This document shows, piece after piece, positions 48,517-57,010 of a stretch of 64,000 nt of DNA. The position numbers and the translations under genes were made by a program. Source of the DNA: an uncultured Bacillota bacterium (GTDB taxonomy: Bacteria > Sysuimicrobiota > Sysuimicrobiia > Sysuimicrobiales > Segetimicrobiaceae); contig CAWDRG010000009.1 in NCBI GenBank assembly GCA_963804645.1, positions 96,001-160,000 on the forward strand, written 5' to 3'. Each line of letters starts with the position of its first letter. Position 1 is the first letter of the stretch. Under the pieces are notes generated by a model. It was given only the letters and a program-made list of their open reading frames with translations, was not told the origin of the DNA and made no database searches.

Positions 48517-49194
48517 TCAGTGCACGCTGGCCACGAGGCCGCCGACCACGCGGTCCCACCCGTTGGTCAGGACGAACAGCAGCAGCTTGACCGGCAGCGA
48601 AATCACGGTGGGCGGCAGCATGAACATGCCGAGCGACAATAACGTGCTGCTGACCACCAGGTCGATGACAACGAACGGCAGGAATACCAGCGTCCCCAAC
48701 ACAAAGGCGGTGCTCAACTCGCTGGTCACGAACGCCGGAACCAGCACGTACGTCGGAACGTCCGCCTGCGTCGCCGGCCTCGACAGATGGGCCATCTGCT
48801 GGAACAGCGCCACGTCGCGGTCGTGCGTCTGCCGGAACATGAACGCCCGGATCGGGGGCTGCACCAGATCCAGCGTCTTTTGAATCGTGATCTTGCCGGC
48901 CATGTACGGCTGGAGGGCCGTCTGGTCGATCTCGCGGAACGTGGGCGCCATCGTAAACATCGTCAGCACCAGCGCGAGGCCGGTCACGACCATGTTGGGC
49001 GGCACCGTCGGCGCGCCGATCGCGTTCCGCAGCAGCGACAGCACGACGACGATCCGGACGAACGACGTGAACATGATCAGGATCGCCGGCGCGAAGCTCA
49101 GCAGCGTCAGCAGCAGCATCAGCTCGACGATCGGGGCGCCGCCTCCGGCGCCGGGGGAGCCGAGCTGGAGCGAAATCGGCGGCATCGACGGCAT
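48517..49194 (-). CDS. fliP: FliP
   Basis: TSFVRIVVVLS.LRNAIG, PPN, PAFVTSEL..AF, PFVVIDLVVS, SLPVKLLLFV. Confidence 0.93.
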   Translation of the reverse strand: MPSMPPISLQLGSPGAGGGAPIVELMLLLTLLSFAPAILIMFTSFVRIVVVLSLLRNAIGAPTVPPNMVVTGLALVLTMFTMAPTFREIDQTALQPYMAGKITIQKTLDLVQPPIRAFMFRQTHDRDVALFQQMAHLSRPATQADVPTYVLVPAFVTSELSTAFVLGTLVFLPFVVIDLVVSSTLLSLGMFMLPPTVISLPVKLLLFVLTNGWDRVVGGLVASVH

Positions 49195-49406
49195 CAGCGG
49201 TGATCCTCCTCAACGGGTCGGGGCAGCGCCCCGAGCGACGCGATCGTCTGCGGCGCGATGCCGACGACCAGCCGCTGGCCTTCGATGTCCACCACAAAGA
49301 CGGCGTGGCCCGCCCCCAGGGCGGCCCGCCCGACCACGCGGACCGGCACCGCCGCCGCGGGATTGCGGATCAGGGCCCGCCGCCACCACTCACGCACTCC
49401 CATCAT
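49194..49406 (-). CDS. fliO: FliO-like protein (short)
   Basis: VRVVGRAALGAGHAVFVVDIEGQRLVVGIAPQTI; located between fliN and fliP. Confidence 0.7.
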   Translation of the reverse strand: MMGVREWWRRALIRNPAAAVPVRVVGRAALGAGHAVFVVDIEGQRLVVGIAPQTIASLGALPRPVEEDHR

Positions 49407-49792
49407 GCCGAGGCTTCGGTCGCGCCCGCCACGGCGCCGAACGGCTGGTCCGCGCCGTCGGCTCGTTCCGCGTCGCCGTGCGGCACCTGGGGCGTCAAGA
49501 TCTCGGTGATCCGCACCCCGAACGTGTCGGTGATGACCACGACCTCGCCGAGCGCGAAGCGGTGCCCGTTCACCAGCACGTCGACGGGCTCTCCGACCAG
49601 GCGGTCGAGCTCCACGATCGAGCCCGAGCGGAGCTCCAGGATGTCGCGAATCGGGATGCGCGTCCCGCCCACTTCCACGCTGATGCGCATCTCGACGTCG
49701 CGCAGCGCATCCATCGCGACGGTGGCGCCTCCCGCCAACCCGTCCGCCGTGAGCTGCGCGGGCGCAAGCGACTTGACCGGTGTCTTCTTCAT
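49403..49792 (-). CDS. fliN: Motor switch protein FliN
   Basis: DVEMRISVEVG..GSIVELDRLVGEPVDVLVNG..GEVVV..FGVRITEI. Confidence 0.92.
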   Translation of the reverse strand: MKKTPVKSLAPAQLTADGLAGGATVAMDALRDVEMRISVEVGGTRIPIRDILELRSGSIVELDRLVGEPVDVLVNGHRFALGEVVVITDTFGVRITEILTPQVPHGDAERADGADQPFGAVAGATEASA

Positions 49793-50712
49793 ACGGGTTC
49801 CTCCTGGAAGTGCGGAGATTCGCCGGCCACGATCTGCACGGCCATGCGGGTGCCGACCGCCCCCAACTGCCCGACCGCGAGTTGACGTCCCTCGATCGAC
49901 AGCGGCAGCGGGCGCGAGCACGGATGCCCAAGCGGAATCACATCCCCGACCGACAGGGTGGCCAGCTCGGCGAACCCGAGCGGCAGCCCCTCGATCGTCA
50001 CCGACAGCGGCAGCGTCGCTTCCACGAGCGCCCGCCGCACCAGCTCCCGGCCGCGGTGCGTTGCCACCTGCTGCCGCGAGGAGGCCGCCCACGTCGCGGA
50101 GCGCAGCCGCGCCAGGTGCGGCTGCAGGCCCGTGTGCAGCAGCAGCACGTCGATCGCCATGGGCTTGTCCCCCACCCCCTCGAGCGCGAGGTGGACGGTC
50201 ACGACGGTTTCCTGCGCCGACGCCAGCTGGACGAACTCGAGACTCCCCTCGAGCCGGTCCAAGCTGACCTCGAGCTCGGCCACGGGATGCCAGGCGCTCC
50301 GCAGGTGGTCGGGCCACAGCGCAAACACGCGCTCCAGCACCAGCTGCTCCGTCTCGCCCATCGGCCGCTCCGGCCCGACCATCTCCCCGCGCCCGCCCAG
50401 CATCAGGTCGGCGAGGACGGCGCCCGACGCCGCGGGGAGCACCGCGACGACCCACCCGCCCAGCTCGGCGACGTGCAGCACCGCGGCGCACACGAACGGC
50501 GGCATCTTCTGGAGAATCTCCTCGTACGCCGACTGGTCGATCCCGGACACCGACAGCCGCACCGAGGTCCGCAGCAGGCCGCCGATCTCGGGGGCCACGA
50601 ACCGGCCGAAGGCGTTGAACATCCCGGCGAGCATCGTCAGCTGTTCCTTGCCGAGCCGGTCTGGGCGCCGGAAGTCGTACGCACGGATCTGCGTGGCGGT
50701 GGTCTCCTTCAT
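49789..50712 (-). CDS. fliM: Motor switch protein FliM (N-terminally truncated)
   Basis: YDFRRPDR.KEQL, DLMLGG.G, ETEQ, SpoA domain L.VGDVIPL. Confidence 0.85.
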   Translation of the reverse strand: MKETTATQIRAYDFRRPDRLGKEQLTMLAGMFNAFGRFVAPEIGGLLRTSVRLSVSGIDQSAYEEILQKMPPFVCAAVLHVAELGGWVVAVLPAASGAVLADLMLGGRGEMVGPERPMGETEQLVLERVFALWPDHLRSAWHPVAELEVSLDRLEGSLEFVQLASAQETVVTVHLALEGVGDKPMAIDVLLLHTGLQPHLARLRSATWAASSRQQVATHRGRELVRRALVEATLPLSVTIEGLPLGFAELATLSVGDVIPLGHPCSRPLPLSIEGRQLAVGQLGAVGTRMAVQIVAGESPHFQEEPV

Positions 50713-50714
50713 CG

Positions 50715-51143
50715 CTAGTCTCTCGCGAACTCCGAGAAGTAGACGCGGTCGAGGCTCGCCGGCGCGAGAATCTCGCCGAACCGCGCCTGGAGCCGTCCCG
50801 TCACCGTCCGAAATCCCGCGGCCGTCCGCATGCTGTCGTACCGCTGGCCCTCGAACGTCCAGATCAACCCGTCGAGCAGCGCCGGCGTGCGGTCCGCCAC
50901 CATCTTGGCGAGCGCGTCCTTCCCCATCGGGCCCCGCATGACCAGGCTCACCTGGACCTTGAGGTACCGCACCCCGTCCGCGCCGTCGAGGTTGACGATC
51001 ACGGCCGGCAGCGGCACGACCGAGTACACCTTCGGCGTCGGGCGCGGCGACGCGGCCGGCCCGTGCGGGCGCAGCAGCAGCGCGGTGCCGGCCCCGAGGA
51101 CCACCGCGGCCAGTCCGAGCGCCACGCGCCGCCGGAGCGTCAC
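50715..51143 (-). CDS. fliL: FliL (canonical position after motB)
   Basis: TM, then IVNLDGADGVRYLKVQV...VYFSEF; C-terminal part of ORF 50715..51929. Confidence 0.82.
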   Translation of the reverse strand: MTLRRRVALGLAAVVLGAGTALLLRPHGPAASPRPTPKVYSVVPLPAVIVNLDGADGVRYLKVQVSLVMRGPMGKDALAKMVADRTPALLDGLIWTFEGQRYDSMRTAAGFRTVTGRLQARFGEILAPASLDRVYFSEFARD

Positions 51144-51895
51144 GGCGCCACCTGCTGCACGATGTGGGTGATCACGATCTCCACCCGGCGGTTGGCCGCC
51201 TGCCCGTCGGGCGTCAGGTTGGTGGCGAGCGGGTTGTTCGCGCCGTTGCCGCCCGCCGTGAGGATCGACGCGTCCACGCCGTCGGCGACGAGCGCGTGCA
51301 GCACGGCGAGTGACCGCGCCGACGACAGCTCCCAGTTGCTCGGGAAGAGCGGCGTCACGATCGGGCGCGAGTCGGTGTATCCCTCGACGCGCACCTTGTA
51401 GCCGCGCAACGTCACGAGAAACGCGGCGACCTTCCCGAGCACCGGCGCGGCCGCGGGCTTCAACTGCGCGGTTCCGGTGTCGAACAGCACGTCGGTCTGC
51501 AGCCGGATCGCCACGCCCGTATTCGCCTGGACCACGCGCATGTTCAGCTGGAGGCCGGCGTTCCGGATCGCGTGCACGAGCGAGGCCGTGGCCGGGGCCA
51601 TCGTCGGGGCCGCATGCAGCGCCGCGCCGTACCCCTGAAACGGCCGCGGGCCCGGCCCGATCGGCCCGGCTCCCCGCGGCTGCATGTCGAACGGCAGCGA
51701 TACCGCCCCGCCGTTCGGCTCGGCCATCGCCGACCGGATGCTCGCCGCCACCTGTCCGAACATCGGCTTGTGGGTGCTCGCGATGCTGAACAGCAGAATG
51801 AACAGCGCCAGCAGCAGCGTGATCATGTCCGCGTAGGTCAAGAGCCAGCGCTCGTTGTTCTCGTGCTCGGGTTCCGCCTTGCGCCGGCGGCTCAT
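51140..51895 (-). CDS. motB: Stator protein MotB
   Basis: RWLLTYADMITLLLALF; OmpA domain EGYTD, NWELSSAR, NRRVEI. Confidence 0.93.
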   Translation of the reverse strand: MSRRRKAEPEHENNERWLLTYADMITLLLALFILLFSIASTHKPMFGQVAASIRSAMAEPNGGAVSLPFDMQPRGAGPIGPGPRPFQGYGAALHAAPTMAPATASLVHAIRNAGLQLNMRVVQANTGVAIRLQTDVLFDTGTAQLKPAAAPVLGKVAAFLVTLRGYKVRVEGYTDSRPIVTPLFPSNWELSSARSLAVLHALVADGVDASILTAGGNGANNPLATNLTPDGQAANRRVEIVITHIVQQVAP

Positions 51896-52731
51896 GAGGT
51901 CTGCGCTCCCGGCTGGCCGAGCGTCTCAACGGGCGGTTCGGCCGGCGGCGCTTCCGCTGCGGTACGGGTGGATCCGTACGCCGCGCGCTGCTGGGGCGGG
52001 AGCATGGCGACGAGGTGGTCGCGGAGCACGCTCGGGCTCTCGCCCCGGGCGATCCCGAGCGCGCCTTCCATCGCCAGCTCCTTGCTCACGGACTCGTGGT
52101 TGTGCTGGGCGCGCAGCTTGTTGGCCACCGGCAGCAGAAACAGGTTCGCCATCGACACGCCGTAGAGGGTCGCCATAAACGCCGATGCGATCGCCGGTCC
52201 GATCGAGCTCGGGTCCGCGAGGTTCTGCAGCATGTGGATCAATCCGACCACCGTCCCGATGATGCCGAGGGTCGGCGCAAAGCCCGCCGCGGTCGTGAAG
52301 AACCGCTCGCCGGTTTTGTGCCGCTCCTCCAGGTGGGCGCAGTCGTTCTCGAGCGCTTCACGGATCTTGGCCTCCTCGGTGCCGTCGATCACGAGCGTGA
52401 GCGCGCGCCGCACGAACGGGTCCGACTCCTCGTTGAGGGTCCGGTCCAGCTGCAGGATGCCCTGCTTGCGCGCCACCGTCGCGAAGTCCACCATCCGGTT
52501 CAACAGTGTGATGTTATCGTCGCCGGGCTTCGTCGTCTGCTTCAGCAGCGACACGAACTGCTTGACCTGCTCCATGCGCGCGCTCGCGAGCGTCGCGCCC
52601 GCCGTCCCGCCGATCACCAGGATGATCGCGGGGATGTTGAAGAACGTCGAGGGGCTCATGCCGTCGACCAGCATCGCGCCCACGAGCGCGCCCCAGGCGA
52701 GCCCGACCCCGATGAGCGTGCTGAGTTCCAT
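51892..52731 (-). CDS. motA: Stator protein MotA
   Basis: IGGT, ARKQGIL, APTLGIIGTVVGLI, ATLYGV..ANL..P.ANKL. Confidence 0.93.
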   Translation of the reverse strand: MELSTLIGVGLAWGALVGAMLVDGMSPSTFFNIPAIILVIGGTAGATLASARMEQVKQFVSLLKQTTKPGDDNITLLNRMVDFATVARKQGILQLDRTLNEESDPFVRRALTLVIDGTEEAKIREALENDCAHLEERHKTGERFFTTAAGFAPTLGIIGTVVGLIHMLQNLADPSSIGPAIASAFMATLYGVSMANLFLLPVANKLRAQHNHESVSKELAMEGALGIARGESPSVLRDHLVAMLPPQQRAAYGSTRTAAEAPPAEPPVETLGQPGAQTS

Positions 52732-52735
52732 CCGG

Positions 52736-52942
52736 CTAGCCCTCGCCCGCCGGCACCGGCCCCGCGGCCAGGCGCCGTTTGTACGCGATCACCCGCGACA
52801 CCACCTCGTCCCGCGAGGTGCGGACGACGTAGTGCCGGCCGTTCGTGAGCACGATCATGGTGTCGGGGTTCTCGTCGATGCGCTCGATGAGATCCGCGTT
52901 GAGCATGAATTCCTTGCCGCTCAGGTGTTCAAGAATGATCAC
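52736..52942 (-). CDS. flbD: Flagellar FlbD family protein
   Basis: MIIL..L.GKEF.LNADLIERI..PDT.I.LTNG. Confidence 0.88.
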   Translation of the reverse strand: MIILEHLSGKEFMLNADLIERIDENPDTMIVLTNGRHYVVRTSRDEVVSRVIAYKRRLAAGPVPAGEG

Positions 52943-53016
52943 GAGCCCCGATCACCTCCTCCGGAGACGCGCGCCGGGGGGCCGCGGGCCCCCCGGCGCA
53001 CCGCGTAACGGCCGCG

Positions 53017-54546
53017 CTACGGCACCATCTGGATCGCGGCCTGCTGCATCGCCGTGATCGCGGTGATCGTGCGCGCGTCGGCCTGATAGCTCGACTGCGC
53101 TTGAATGACCTGCGTCAGCGCGTCGCTCATGTCCACGTTGCTCTCTTCGAGCGCGCCGCCAGCCAGGGTGCCGGCGCTGCCCGTGCCGGGCGCGGTGATC
53201 GCGGCGACACCGCTGTCAGGCGTCTCGGCCAGCTGGTTCTGCCCGACGCTGCTGAGGCCCTGAGGGTTGATGAAGGTCGCGAGCGCGATCTGCGCGATCG
53301 CCTGCTGCACGCCGTTGCTGTAACTCCCGGTCAGCACGCCGCTCGGACCGATCTGGAAGCTCTGCAGCGTGCCCGGCGACGAGCCGTTCTGCGTGCCGAG
53401 GGCGATCGTGGAGGCCGACCCGAACTGGGTGACGGTGCTCAGGTTCAAATTCGCGGCGACCGCCGCCGCGCCGTCGGTCGGGGTGATCGTGAGCGGCCCG
53501 CCGGTCTGCCCCGTGAGCTGGCCCGACGAGTTGAAGGTCATCGTCCCGCTGCCGGCCGACGTCACCGTGAGGGTGCCGAGCGCCTGCACGTTGCCATTCG
53601 CGGCCGGGATCCCGCCGGCGCCGGCGGTCGCCGTCATCGCGACCGTGGCCGTGGTGATTCCGCCAACCACGTTGTCGAACGTCACCGGCTGGCCGGCGCC
53701 CGTGCCGCCCGCGCCCGTGGCCACCGCCACCACCGTCGCGCCGCTCAGCACCTGGACGTTGCCGGTCGCCGTCTCCTGGATCGTATATGTCACGCCGCCG
53801 CCGAGCGTGCTGTCGGCGGGGATCGTCGGGTTGGCGGCAAACGGTGCGCCGCCTCCGAAGGCGCCCGCGGGGGTCGCGACGCTGCCTCCGCTCGGGACCG
53901 TCGCCGACCACGTCCACTGCCCCGACGCGAGCGGCGTGAACGAGAACGACACGGTCAGCGGATTCCCGAGCGAGTCGTAGACCGTGGCGAGCAGCGGCTG
54001 CGAGGCGGTCGCCCCGGCCTGCAGATTGCCCAACAGGCTCACCGTGGAGGTCGCGACCGGATCGATCTGCTGCGCGCTCGAAAGGTTGATCGGCGCGATG
54101 ACCCCCTGCGGGGTCACGACGCCGTTCACGCCCGTCCACCCCTCGATGAGCCCGCCGGTCGAGGCTTGCACCAGGTTGTTGCCCGCGTCGACCGACAGTT
54201 GGCCGTCGCGGGAGTACACCTGGTTGTCGCCCTGCTGCAGCACGAGGAAGCCGCCGCCCTGGATCGCCACGTCGGTCTGGACGCCGGTCTGCTGCACCGA
54301 CCCCTGACCCTCGTCCGCGAGAATCGCCCCGCGCTGCACGCCCAAGCCGATCTGGATCGGCGCGGTGCCGCCGGTCGTCGCGCTCGGCGCGGACGCCCCC
54401 GCGATGTTCTCGCTCAGCAGGTCCTCAAACGAGACCGTCTGCGCTTTGAACCCCGTCGTGTTCAGGTTGGCGAGGTTGTTGCTGATCACGTTCATCCACT
54501 GCGTCGCCGAATCCAATCCGCTGACGATCGTGTCCATGCCGGCCAT
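53017..54546 (-). CDS. flgE: Flagellar hook protein FlgE
   Basis: SNNLANLNTTGFK, DVAIQGGGF, YSRDG, VYDSLG, NPQGL, LEESNVD. Confidence 0.92.
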   Translation of the reverse strand: MAGMDTIVSGLDSATQWMNVISNNLANLNTTGFKAQTVSFEDLLSENIAGASAPSATTGGTAPIQIGLGVQRGAILADEGQGSVQQTGVQTDVAIQGGGFLVLQQGDNQVYSRDGQLSVDAGNNLVQASTGGLIEGWTGVNGVVTPQGVIAPINLSSAQQIDPVATSTVSLLGNLQAGATASQPLLATVYDSLGNPLTVSFSFTPLASGQWTWSATVPSGGSVATPAGAFGGGAPFAANPTIPADSTLGGGVTYTIQETATGNVQVLSGATVVAVATGAGGTGAGQPVTFDNVVGGITTATVAMTATAGAGGIPAANGNVQALGTLTVTSAGSGTMTFNSSGQLTGQTGGPLTITPTDGAAAVAANLNLSTVTQFGSASTIALGTQNGSSPGTLQSFQIGPSGVLTGSYSNGVQQAIAQIALATFINPQGLSSVGQNQLAETPDSGVAAITAPGTGSAGTLAGGALEESNVDMSDALTQVIQAQSSYQADARTITAITAMQQAAIQMVP

Positions 54547-54580
54547 AGGTCGTCTCCTCCTGAAGGACAAGATGCGGGCG

Positions 54581-55006
54581 CTACGGCACGCTGACGAGAT
54601 TCCCGAACGGGATTTTCTCGTTGTTGATCGTGAGCATCGGGCCGCTCGTGCCGACCGCCGCGCCCGTGACGCTGCCCTGCACGGTGTCGCCGCTCGTGGG
54701 ATCCTGATACGTCACCGACTGCCCCACCAGCTGGAGCGCGGTCTGGAACTGCGTCGTCTGGCTCGCCTGCGCGGTCTCCTCGACGTCGGTCATCTGGGCG
54801 AGCTGCGTGACCATCGTCGTCGGATCGGTGGCGTTCGTCGGATCCTGGTGGCTGAGCTCCTCCAACAGCACCTGCAGAAACATCTGGCTGACCGGCGTGG
54901 TCGCGCCGCTGCCGTTGAGGCTCGCGGCGCCGCTCGGGCCGCTGGTCGATCCGGCCGCCGGCGTCGTCGCGGGCGTGGTGACTTGGTTAAGCACCGGACT
55001 GCTCAT
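54581..55006 (-). CDS. flgD: Hook capping protein FlgD
   Basis: FLQVLLEELSHQDPTN..D...QLAQ...LVGQSV. Confidence 0.88.
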   Translation of the reverse strand: MSSPVLNQVTTPATTPAAGSTSGPSGAASLNGSGATTPVSQMFLQVLLEELSHQDPTNATDPTTMVTQLAQMTDVEETAQASQTTQFQTALQLVGQSVTYQDPTSGDTVQGSVTGAAVGTSGPMLTINNEKIPFGNLVSVP

Positions 55007-56567
55007 GTGTGTCCTCCTCTGAGTCTGGCATCGTCGTGTGGAAGCTCTGGGCCGATCGCGGAGGCCGGTGCGACCCGCCCTGCGGGTGCCCGTTTGACGA
55101 ACGGTCGGACGACGCGGGCCGCACGGCGAGATCCGACAACTGCACCTCGTGCGACGCGAGGGCGGAGCGCAGGGCCCCGGCATGGTCCCGAAGCGTCTGC
55201 GCCATCCCCGGCGTCTGCGTCACGACGCGCGCCGACACCGCGTCCGCCCGGTCGGTGAGGGTGACCGTGACCGGTTGGTCACCGCCGGACCGAATCGTCA
55301 CGTGGGAGACCGAGCCGCCGGTCGGTGCGCCGGCGGCCGGTCCATCCGTCACGCGCCCCTGCGCCCCGGCACCTGCGGCCGACGCGGCGCTCCCGGACGA
55401 TGCGGGCCCGGACGCCGCACCGCCCTGCGGGGCCTGGTTCATGCCCTGCCCGATCCCCTGATACCCGCCGCCGCCGGCCTGCGCCTGTCCGCCGTTCCCG
55501 GCGGTCACGCCGCCGAGATCCACCGCCAGCGCCGCATCGGCACCCCGCCGGCCCCCGTCCCGTCCAGAGCCCGCGGAGCCGGCGGCGCTGTCGATCCTCG
55601 CCTGCACCACCGCCGCCACCCCGTCGGCGTTGATCCCGTTCGACCCCGCGGCCTGACCGGCGACCGGCTTGACGGCCTGCCCGCCGCGGACGAATGCGCC
55701 ATCGGGATCCCCGCCGCGACCGGGGGCTATCCCGCGGGGCGGCGACACGTCGACGCGGTCAGATGCGGGCGCGCCGGCCTTCGCCCCGCCCGTGGAGGCG
55801 GGCGCAGCGGAACTGGCCCCGCTCGGTGCGGCGGGCGCCGGGGCCTTGGCCCCGCCCGTGGAGACGGGCGACGATCCCTGGCCCGCGCGGGTCCCGGCGC
55901 TCCCTCCCGTTCCCGAGGCGGCGCTGCCCGCGGCGCCGGCAGCGCCGCGGTGCGTCGGGTCGGTTCCGGTCGACCCGCCGGCCGTGCCGCTCGCAAGCTG
56001 GCGGGCAATGTCGTCACGCGCGCGCATGATGTTCGAGACGTACGATTGGGTCTCGGGATAGGGAGGCACGCCGCCCCACGACGAGACGGCGCCGCTGCCG
56101 GCGTTGTAGGCCGCGAGCCCGAGCGGGACGGAGCCGAACTCGGTGAGCTTCTGCCGCAGGTAGTCCAACCCGCCGGCGAGGTTCTGCGTAGGATCGAGCG
56201 GCTTTGAGACGCCGAGCTCTTGGACCGTACCCGGCATCAACTGCATCAGCCCCAGCGCCCCGGACGGCGACACGGCGCTGGGATTTCCGCCGGATTCCTG
56301 CAGGACGACCGCGAGCGCGAGCGCCGGGTCGACGCCCTCGCGGCGCGCCTGGCTGATGATCAGCTCGCGCTCGCTCTGCGGCAGCTTGCTGAGCTCGGCC
56401 GCGGCGCTCGACCCCGTGCCGCTGGCGCCTCCCGAGACCTGGTTCAGGACGCTCGCGAACGTGGACGTGCCCCCGCCCGAGTCCCCCGAGGCGTCCCCGG
56501 AGATCCCGAAGCGGGATTGGATCGTGCCGATGCGCGCGAGCACGGCGCTGAGGCTGGCCGGCATCAC
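54987..56567 (-). CDS. Lytic transglycosylase (SLT) fused to FliK-like hook-length control domain
   Basis: N-terminal SLT motifs QESGGNP.AVS..GALGLMQLMP, AAYNAG, PPYPETQSYV; long G/A/S/P linker; C-terminal VTVTL....VSARV......LRDHAGALRSALASHEVQL resembling the FliK T3S4 domain; occupies the fliK position between fliJ and flgD. Confidence 0.8.
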   Translation of the reverse strand: MMPASLSAVLARIGTIQSRFGISGDASGDSGGGTSTFASVLNQVSGGASGTGSSAAAELSKLPQSERELIISQARREGVDPALALAVVLQESGGNPSAVSPSGALGLMQLMPGTVQELGVSKPLDPTQNLAGGLDYLRQKLTEFGSVPLGLAAYNAGSGAVSSWGGVPPYPETQSYVSNIMRARDDIARQLASGTAGGSTGTDPTHRGAAGAAGSAASGTGGSAGTRAGQGSSPVSTGGAKAPAPAAPSGASSAAPASTGGAKAGAPASDRVDVSPPRGIAPGRGGDPDGAFVRGGQAVKPVAGQAAGSNGINADGVAAVVQARIDSAAGSAGSGRDGGRRGADAALAVDLGGVTAGNGGQAQAGGGGYQGIGQGMNQAPQGGAASGPASSGSAASAAGAGAQGRVTDGPAAGAPTGGSVSHVTIRSGGDQPVTVTLTDRADAVSARVVTQTPGMAQTLRDHAGALRSALASHEVQLSDLAVRPASSDRSSNGHPQGGSHRPPRSAQSFHTTMPDSEEDTHEQSGA

Positions 56568-57010
56568 GCGATGGTCCTCCGCGCGCGCTCCGCCACCATC
56601 TCGTCCGTGGCCCGCTCCTGCTCCCGCGCGGCCTCGAGGCGGTGGGTGGCGAGCGCGCGGTCCTTGAGGCGCTCGACGATCTCCGTCTCCTGGCGGCGCG
56701 CCTCGACGACTCCCCGCGCCTCGGCGACGGTCGCCGCGGCCTGGGCCAGCAGGGTGGACTCGCTCTCCAGCGCCGCGTGCATGCCGCGCAGGATGGTGTC
56801 CGCGGTCAGCACCTCGGTCGCCGTCGGACTCTCGAGCAGGCGGTCGCGGACGTCGTCCACCGCGTCCTGGATCTCCGACTCGACCGCCGCCACCCGTTCC
56901 TCGGCCTCGCGCTGCCGCACGACCGACGCGTGCAGCTCGGCCTGGGCCGCGAGCATGCGATGGTGGCGCACTTCGAGCAACCGCTCCAGAGGAAACCGAA
57001 ACTTCTTCAT
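56564..57010 (-). CDS. fliJ: Flagellar export protein FliJ
   Basis: MKKFRFPLERLLEVR...ERLK...EQERATDE. Confidence 0.85.
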   Translation of the reverse strand: MKKFRFPLERLLEVRHHRMLAAQAELHASVVRQREAEERVAAVESEIQDAVDDVRDRLLESPTATEVLTADTILRGMHAALESESTLLAQAAATVAEARGVVEARRQETEIVERLKDRALATHRLEAAREQERATDEMVAERARRTIA

